Shown piece by piece: positions 56,367 through 64,000 of a stretch of DNA of 64,000 nt. Origin of the DNA: Octopus vulgaris (Eukaryota); the NCBI GenBank assembly GCA_951406725.2, contig OX597829.1:4774001-4838000 (forward strand), in the 5' to 3' direction. Within the stretch, counting starts at the first letter, position 1, and each line of letters begins with the position of its first letter. The position numbers and the translations under genes are program-made. The notes beneath the pieces were generated by a model. The model made no database searches. It saw only the letters and a program-made list of their open reading frames with translations, and was not told where the DNA came from.

Positions 56367-56400
<34 letters not shown>

Positions 56401-56423
56401 TGTATGTATGTATGCATGCATGC

Positions 56424-56456
<33 letters not shown>

Positions 56457-56762
56457 TGCATGTTTGTATGTATGTATGTATGTATGTATGTATGTATGCA
56501 TGTTTGTATGTATGTATGTATGTTTGTATGTATGTATGTATGTATGTATGTATGTATGTATGTATGTATGTATGTATGTATGTATGTATGTATGTATGTA
56601 TGTATGTATGTATGTATGTATGTATGTATGTATGTATGTATGTATGTATGTATGTATGTATGTATGTATGTATGCATGTGTGTATGTATGTATGTGTGTA
56701 TGCATGTTTGTATGTATGTATGTATGTATGTACGTATGTATGCATGTTTGTATGTATGTATG

Positions 56763-56793
<31 letters not shown>

Positions 56794-57002
56794 GTATGTA
56801 TGTATGTATGTACGTACGTATGTATGTATGTATGTGTGTATGTATGTATGTATGTATGTATGCATGCATGCATGTATGTATGTATGTATGTATGTATGTA
56901 TGTATGTATGCATGTTTGTATGTATGTATGTATGTATGTATGTATGCATGTTTGTATGTATGTATGTATGTATGTATGTGTGTATGTATGTGTGTATGTA
57001 TG

Positions 57003-57034
<32 letters not shown>

Positions 57035-57084
57035 TGTATGTATGTATGTATGTATGTATGTATGTATGTATGTATGTGTGTATA

Positions 57085-57120
<36 letters not shown>

Positions 57121-57408
57121 TGTGTATGTATGTATGTATGTATGTGTGTATGTATATATGTATGTATGTATGTATATGTGTATGTATGTATGTATGTGTG
57201 TGTGTGTGTATGTATGCATGTTTGTATGTATGTATGTATGTATGTATGTATGTATGCATGTTTGTATGTATGTATGTATGTATGTATGCATGTTTGTATG
57301 TATGTATGTATGTATGTATGCATGTATGCATGTATGTATGTATGTATGTATGTGTGTATGTATGTGTGTATGTATGTATCTGTGTATGTATGCATGTATG
57401 TATGTATG

Positions 57409-57442
<34 letters not shown>

Positions 57443-58335
57443 TGCATGTTTGTATGTATGTATGTATGTATGTATGTATGTATGCATGTTTGTATGTATG
57501 TATGTATGTATGTATGTATGCATGTTTGTATGTATGTATGTATGTATGTATGTATGTATGTATGTATGTATGTATGTATGTATGTATGTATGTATGTATG
57601 TATGTATGTATGTATGTATGTATGTATGTATGTATGTATGCATGTTTGTATGTGTGTATGTATGTATGTATGTATGTATGTATGTATGTATGTATGTATG
57701 TATGTATGTATGTATGTATGTATGTATGTATGTATGTATGTATGTATGTATGTATGTATGTATGTATGTATGTATGTATGCATGTTTGTATGTATGTATG
57801 TATGTATGTATGTAGGTATGTATGTATGTATGTATGTATGTATGTATGTATGTATGTATGTATGTATGCATGTTTGTATGTATGTATGTATGTATGTATG
57901 TATGTATGTATGTATGCATGCATGTATGTATGTATGTATGTATGTATGTATATATGTATGTACGTATGTACGTATGTATGTATGTATGTATGTATGTATG
58001 TATGTATGTTTGTATGTATGTATGTATGTATGTATGTATGTATGTATGTATGTATGTATGTATGTATGTATGTATGTATGTATGCATGTACGTACGTAAG
58101 TATGTATGTATGTATGTATGTATGTATGTATGTATGTATGTGTGTGTGTATGTATGTATGTATGTATGTATGTATGTATGTGTGTGTGTGTGTATGTATG
58201 TATTTACGTGTGTGTATGTATGTATGTATGTATGTATGTATGTATGTGTGTGTGTGTATGTATGTATGTATGTATATATGTATATATGTATGCATGTATG
58301 TATGCATGAATGTATGTATGCATGAATGTATGTAA
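56175..58335. repeat. ~2.1-kb (TATG)n microsatellite array
   Basis: Direct reading; source of the 500-700 aa spurious ORFs. Confidence 0.98.
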
Positions 58336-58749
58336 GATGCATGCATATATGTATGGAATGTTTGACGTGGTGTATAGATATTGTAAATTAAGAAGGTGGC
58401 ATCAGAATTCTGGATAATTCTTTATTTGGCGTTTTCGTTCGTTCAATGGAACCATTCAAAATATAAAGCACAGAAGATTCCTTGCACCTTAAATATAGAC
58501 CGAGAAGAGGATGTTGTTTTGCTTAGGAGAGGCGAAAGAGAAAGAAGGAAGCGGGAAGAGGAGGAAAGAGAGGAAGACAGTGAAACGAAACATCTGTCTT
58601 GAGATTGGCCTTTCGACTAACACAGGGGTGATGCTCAATGATCCTTCAAGATTTGAATTTTGTTTCTTGGAGAAAGGAAGAAAGAGAACACGGCCAAACA
58701 CACACACACACACATGCACACACACACACACGCACACACACACGCAGAC

Positions 58750-58908
58750 AGTGGTAAGAAGCCTGCTTCTCAATCCCATGGTTCGAGGTTCAGTCCCACA
58801 GCGTGACAACTTGGGCAAGTTTCTTTTACTATAGCTCTGGGCTAACCAAAGCCTTGTGAGTGGATTTGGTTGATGGAAAATGAAAGAAGCTTGTCGTCTA
58901 TCTATGTT

Positions 58909-58947
<39 letters not shown>

Positions 58948-59125
58948 ATCTGTGTTTGCCCCCCCCCCCAAATATCGCTTGACAACCGTTGCTGGTGTGT
59001 TTACGTTCCTGTAACATAGCGGTTCGGAAAGCGATTCCGATAGAATAAGTACTAGGTTTTCAAAGAATAAGTCCTGGAGTCGATTTGTTCGCAGTTAAAT
59101 GACTGAAATGAGTAAAAGAGTAAAA
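58750..59125 (+). mobile_element. Diverged SINE, abundant family
   Basis: Similarity to 53618-54097; further partial copies at 55763-55887 (+) and 59420-59577 (-). Confidence 0.8.
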
Positions 59126-59132
59126 GTGTGTG

Positions 59133-59184
<52 letters not shown>

Positions 59185-60029
59185 ATGTATACATCGGTTG
59201 TCAAAGTGATGGTAGGGGAACAAACCCAGACACACAAACACATACATATACATACATATATATATATATAAAGTTAATCCAAACAAGAAAGCACAAAAAA
59301 AACACAACAACCCAAGGACGTGAAACAAATATAGTATTATTGGACGCTCAGGAAAGAAGGAAAGAAGGAGAGTATATATATATATATAAGGAGGGTATAT
59401 ATATATATAGATATATATATACGACGGTCTTCTTTCAATTTTCATTTATTAAATCCACTGACAAGGCTTTGGTTAACCTTAGGTTATGGTAGAAGTCACT
59501 TGTCCAAGGTGTCACGCAGTGGGACTGAACTCTGAACCATGGGGTTTGGAAGGAAGCTTCTTACCATTCAGCCACGCTTTTTAGCAACAGCTCTATGTGG
59601 GCGTATTCGGGAGGAATACGATTAATTCCTATTGGAACTTTCATAATTCTCTAGATATACGATGTACATTAGTCTTCACCAATCACATTATCAGTCCTAG
59701 TGACGCATACATAAACCAGTGGAGGATTTTTTTGGGTGTATTGCCCCAAAGTTTCGAAAAAAATACTATGTAATGTGGGAATCGCAATTCGTAACAAATG
59801 GATTCGTTTTTATGTTTCTAACTTTGTTGCGGCAGACCGTAAGCATATGAAATAGTTATGCTATGAAAAACCTCGGTCCCATTTTTTTTTCGTTGGCTCG
59901 GTTAGAAAGGGTTTTGCCGGGGCAACTAGGACAACACCCATACACATAAAATTACAACAATAGCAATAATAGCTATAAAAATAACAATAACAAACTCGAG
60001 GAGACTTTCGAGGTACTCATATTACTTAC

Positions 60030-60440
60030 TTACTTTTTACTTGTTTCAGTCATTTGACTGCGGCCATGCTGGAGCACCACCTTTAGTCGAGCAAATCGAC
60101 CCCGGGACTTATTCTTTGTAAGCCCAGTACTTATTCTATCGGTCTCTTTTGCCGAACCGCCAAGTGACGGGGACGTAAACACACCAGCATCGGTTGTCAA
60201 GCAATGCTAGGGGGACAAACACAGACACACAAACACATACATATACATACATATATATATATATATACATATATACGACAGGCTTCTTTCAGTTTCCGTC
60301 TACCAAATCCACTCACAAGGCATTGGTCGGCCCGGGGCTATAGCAGAAGACACTTGCCCAAGGTGTCACACAGTGGGACTGAACCCGGAACCATGTGGTT
60401 GGTTAGCAAGCTACTTACCACACAGCCACTCCTGCGCCTA
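60030..60440 (-). mobile_element. tRNA-derived SINE, abundant family
   Basis: Full-length copy. Confidence 0.9.
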
Positions 60441-60747
60441 TTAGTGACTATATTAGTGATAAAATATTTTTAAAAATAATAAGAATAATCTTGAGTGATG
60501 GTGGTGGTTGAAAAAATAGATTTCATTCTGTTTTAAATGTGAATCAATTCATCGCAAACGTTGCCAATGTTTATTTGTTTCTTAAAAGAAAATGAAAACA
60601 AGGGAAATAATTCTTCGAATAAGGGACGTAACTGCTGCCAAATGTTCGTTGTACCGCCACTCCTAAATATTTTGAAAATAGAAGATATACTTCGGTTTTC
60701 GATTTGGTTTGCAAGATTCTTTATATGAGTTCGTGTGTTGAAGCATA

Positions 60748-60863
60748 TTCTGTTGTGTCTGGAAAGAGTCATTCTCTTTTAGTGCCTTATTATTTAACAC
60801 ACTCACCGGTGTGTTGAATAATAAGGCACTAAAAGAGAATGACTCTCCCCAGACACAACAGAA
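60748..60863. repeat. Near-perfect ~55-bp-arm palindrome
   Basis: ttctgttgtgtctgg..taacacac / gtgtgttg..ccagacacaacagaa with a very short spacer. Confidence 0.85.
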
Positions 60864-61082
60864 GATATACTTAATATCTCTAAAAGGGGCACATTAATTA
60901 TAATGAGATTATACAACACCTGCGAAAAAATATAGTTTCTAGTCTCGGCTGCAAGAAAGAAAATGACGGTACCCAATTATAGCAATATATATGTATTCAT
61001 TTTCAAATTACATTTTCGGCCAGTTAACTTGGGATTCCTTAACGACAAACCTTCATATAATTAAGATATTTTTGTCCACGGG

Positions 61083-61273
61083 TATGTGGCGTAGCAGCTA
61101 AGAACGAAGGCTACTAACACCAAGATTCCGAGTTCGATTCCAGGCAGTGACCTTATTAATAATAATAATGTTAAAAACAAAAACATCGAAAAATACCTTA
61201 GGAATGAGAACCCAGGTTCGAAATTTCCGCAAAACACCTGATGGAGGTTGGAGGGTATATCAGCCGAAACGTT
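61083..61273 (+). mobile_element. tRNA-headed hammerhead SINE, 3'-truncated
   Basis: A box 'tggcgtagcag', B box 'gagttcgattcc', short TAA tract, HHR at 61233-61273. Confidence 0.75.
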
Positions 61274-61281
61274 TTAGTAGC

Positions 61282-61683
61282 CGCAGGAGTGGCTGTGTGG
61301 TAAGTAGCTTGCTTACCAACCACATGGCTCCGGGTTCAGTCCCACTGCGTGGCACCTTGGGCAAGTGTCTTCTACTATAGCCTCGGACCGACCAAAGGCT
61401 TGTGAGTGGATTTGGTAGACGGAAACTGAAAGAAGCCCGTCATATATATGTATATATATATGTGTGTGTGTGTTTGTGTGTCTGTGTTTGTCCCCCTAGC
61501 ATTGCTTGACAACCGATGCTGGTGTGTTTATGTCCCCCATAACTTAGTGATTCGGCAAAAGAGACCGATAGAATAAGTACTAGGCTTACAAAGAATAAGT
61601 CCCGGGGTCGATTTGCTCGACTAAAGGCGGTGCTCCAGCATGGCCGCAGTCAAATGATTGAAACAAGTAAAAGAGTAAAAGAG
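61282..61683 (+). mobile_element. tRNA-derived SINE, abundant family
   Basis: Full-length copy. Confidence 0.9.
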
Positions 61684-61810
61684 GTGAGTAGCTAGCTAAT
61701 TACTCCTCTTTGAGTGATTATTATGTCAGAGGATCCGCTAGATGGGAAACATATGTAGTTTGGATTTAATCTGCCCCATTTCCTTAATTTGGATCTTTAT
61801 TCGTTCTCAT

Positions 61811-62193
61811 GTGGAGGCACAATGGCCCAGTGGTTAGGGCAGCGAACTCGCGGTCATAGGATCGCGGTTTCGATTCCCAGACCGGGCGTTGTGAGTGTTT
61901 ATTGAGCGAAAACACCTAAAGCTCCACGAGGCTCCGGCAGGGATGGTGGTGATCCTTGCTGTACTCTTTCACCACAACTTTCTCTCATTCTTACTTCCTG
62001 TTTCTGTTGTACCTGTATTTCAAGGGACCGGCCTTGTCATTCTCTGTGTCACGCTGAATATCCCCGAGAACTACGTTAAGGGTACACGTGTCTGTGGAGT
62101 GCTCAGTCACTTACACGTTAATTTCACGAGCAGGCTGTTCCGTTGATTCGGATCAACCAGAACCCTCGTCGTCGTAACCGACGGAGTGCTTCC
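61811..62193 (+). mobile_element. tRNA(Arg)-like SINE, second body type
   Basis: Head resembles 14181-14300 but the 3' half differs; a truncated head also occurs at ~34143-34182. Confidence 0.75.
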
Positions 62194-62420
62194 CTAAGAA
62201 TTCGTTCTCATAGCAACTCAAGTTGCTAACAGTGAGCTACAACACATTTTTCAGCATATCGAACTTCGATATGGGGAAAAAATCTACAACCTTCGATGTC
62301 AATAAATTATATTTCTTTCTAAAATTGTTTTTTTATACCTACCACGGACTGCTCGAAACTTACTAGCTTCCTACACCTAGACTCTTGGATCTTACAATTA
62401 CTTACCAATTATATATATAT

Positions 62421-62672
62421 ATAGAATGGTTGTATACTGTCAATTTAACGTGACAGTAGGGGATTACACCACCGCTGTTTAGCCCTAGGAAGCATCGATG
62501 CCTCCTGATGGCTTCGACACATTTTTTCCTGTGTCCTTATATATTTACGAAGGACACAGGAAAAAATGTGTCGAAGCCATCAGGAAGCGTCGATGCTTCC
62601 TAGGGCTAAACAGCGGTGGTGTAATCCCCTACTGTCACGTTCACGTTAGATTGACAGTATACAACCATTCTA
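62421..62672. repeat. Near-perfect ~118-bp-arm palindrome of the 14900/24287 family tail
   Basis: atagaatggttg..tgtcctt / aaggacac..caaccattctat with an ~11-nt spacer. Confidence 0.9.
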
Positions 62673-62722
62673 TCGCCCCACCACCGTACATATCTCCATG
62701 AGAGATTTAGAAATTTAATATT

Positions 62723-62777
<55 letters not shown>

Positions 62778-62855
62778 GCTTCGAGTGACCCGTCTGTTTT
62801 TTTGTGTGTTTTTGCGTTCTTGTCCCACTTTGTATTTTATATTTAATTTCTATAC

Positions 62856-62886
<31 letters not shown>

Positions 62887-62942
62887 TATATACACACACA
62901 CACATATACATACATACATACATACATACATACATACATACA

Positions 62943-62978
<36 letters not shown>

Positions 62979-63096
62979 TATATGTATATACATATATATA
63001 TATATGTGTATACACACACACACATATATGAATTGTTTGCGTAATAAGATAAAAAAACCCAGGCTGTATTGGTATTAGAGCATTTATAGATAGAAG

Positions 63097-63148
63097 GTCT
63101 TACAGCTGTTTCTAGGATATTTATTAATTATATCCCTTCATCGGAGAC
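63097..63148 (-). ncRNA. Hammerhead motif (U4C) at a PLE-type end
   Basis: GUCU-CCGAUGA-A-GGGAUAU-..-AUAUCCU-A-GAAA-CAGCUG-UA-AGAC; same family as 17690. Confidence 0.6.
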
Positions 63149-63497
63149 GGTGTGAGAGGAAAAGTTAAGTCATAGTTTCAATGTGATACAAATAGAGAGT
63201 GATGTGGAGGAAAGAAAATAGATGTGAGATATGTTGGGATATTGTAGTTGTAAATCCGTTCTATAGGCATAATGGTATATATGCAATATTCCAATATCCT
63301 ATGAGTAAAGTCCAAAAGTGCAACAGAGTTTAATATGAGTCCTTCCAAGTAAAGAGTTTATAAGCAATGTAAGATTCCCTATGATGTGAGATATACATAG
63401 ATACACACACACACACACACGCGCGCACACACACAAGACACACACACACATATATATATATATATAAATGTAATATGTGACAATTATTCGGTAGCCA

Positions 63498-63560
63498 AGA
63501 TAAAACTCCGAGTTTCGGATGCCGAGGTGGAAATTCACAACACCATCTCTTCGGTTATCT
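63498..63560 (-). ncRNA. Hammerhead motif, separate family
   Basis: AGAUAA-CCGAAGA-GAUG-..-CAUC-C-GAAA-CUCGGAG-UU-UUAUCU; 6-bp stem I. Confidence 0.55.
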
Positions 63561-64000
63561 GGCCATATGCATATATGGGTACAGGATGTCACAACCAGTA
63601 AACAACATGAAATACGAAAACAAATTAGTTGAATATACAAACAACGAGAGAAAAATGGAAAACAGGACAAGTAACATAAAGAACGACCCTTCATCAGTTG
63701 TCAGCTGCCTATCTACTCCTAATTTCGAGCAGTGATACATACGTACGTACATACACACATACATACATACACACATACATACATACATACATTCATACAT
63801 ACACACATACATACATACATGCATACATACATACACACATACATACATACATGCATACATACATACACACATACATACACACACACATACATACATACAT
63901 ACATACATTCATACATACACACATTCATACATACATACATACATACACACATACATATATACATACATACATACACACATACATACATACATGCATACAT

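Noticed and set aside
56134-58346. ORFs of 500-724 aa
   Set aside because: Stop-free translations of (TATG)n on both strands; not genes.

Overview
AT-rich, microsatellite-dense eukaryotic DNA. By inference from its SINE families and (TA)/(TATG)/(CA) tracts it is most likely intergenic or intronic octopus/coleoid cephalopod sequence. No intact host gene is supported, and nearly all listed ORFs are microsatellite read-throughs. The window is a mosaic of mobile elements: a near-full-length decayed Penelope-like element (PLE; RT + GIY-YIG) plus many PLE fragments, a decayed full-length RTE LINE and a short bipartite derivative, CR1, R4/Dong and CRE fragments, mariner and maT remnants, a Helitron 3' end with helicase, and several tRNA-derived SINE families. 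The main unannotated signal is about 20 type I hammerhead ribozyme (HHR) motifs, intact to degenerate, from roughly nine element families. They include non-canonical cores (G3-C8 swap, a fixed U6), long stem II inserts, and a tRNA-headed SINE whose tail carries a PLE-type hammerhead. Many lie in head-to-head palindromes. All structures were read by eye, activity is untested, and element boundaries are approximate.
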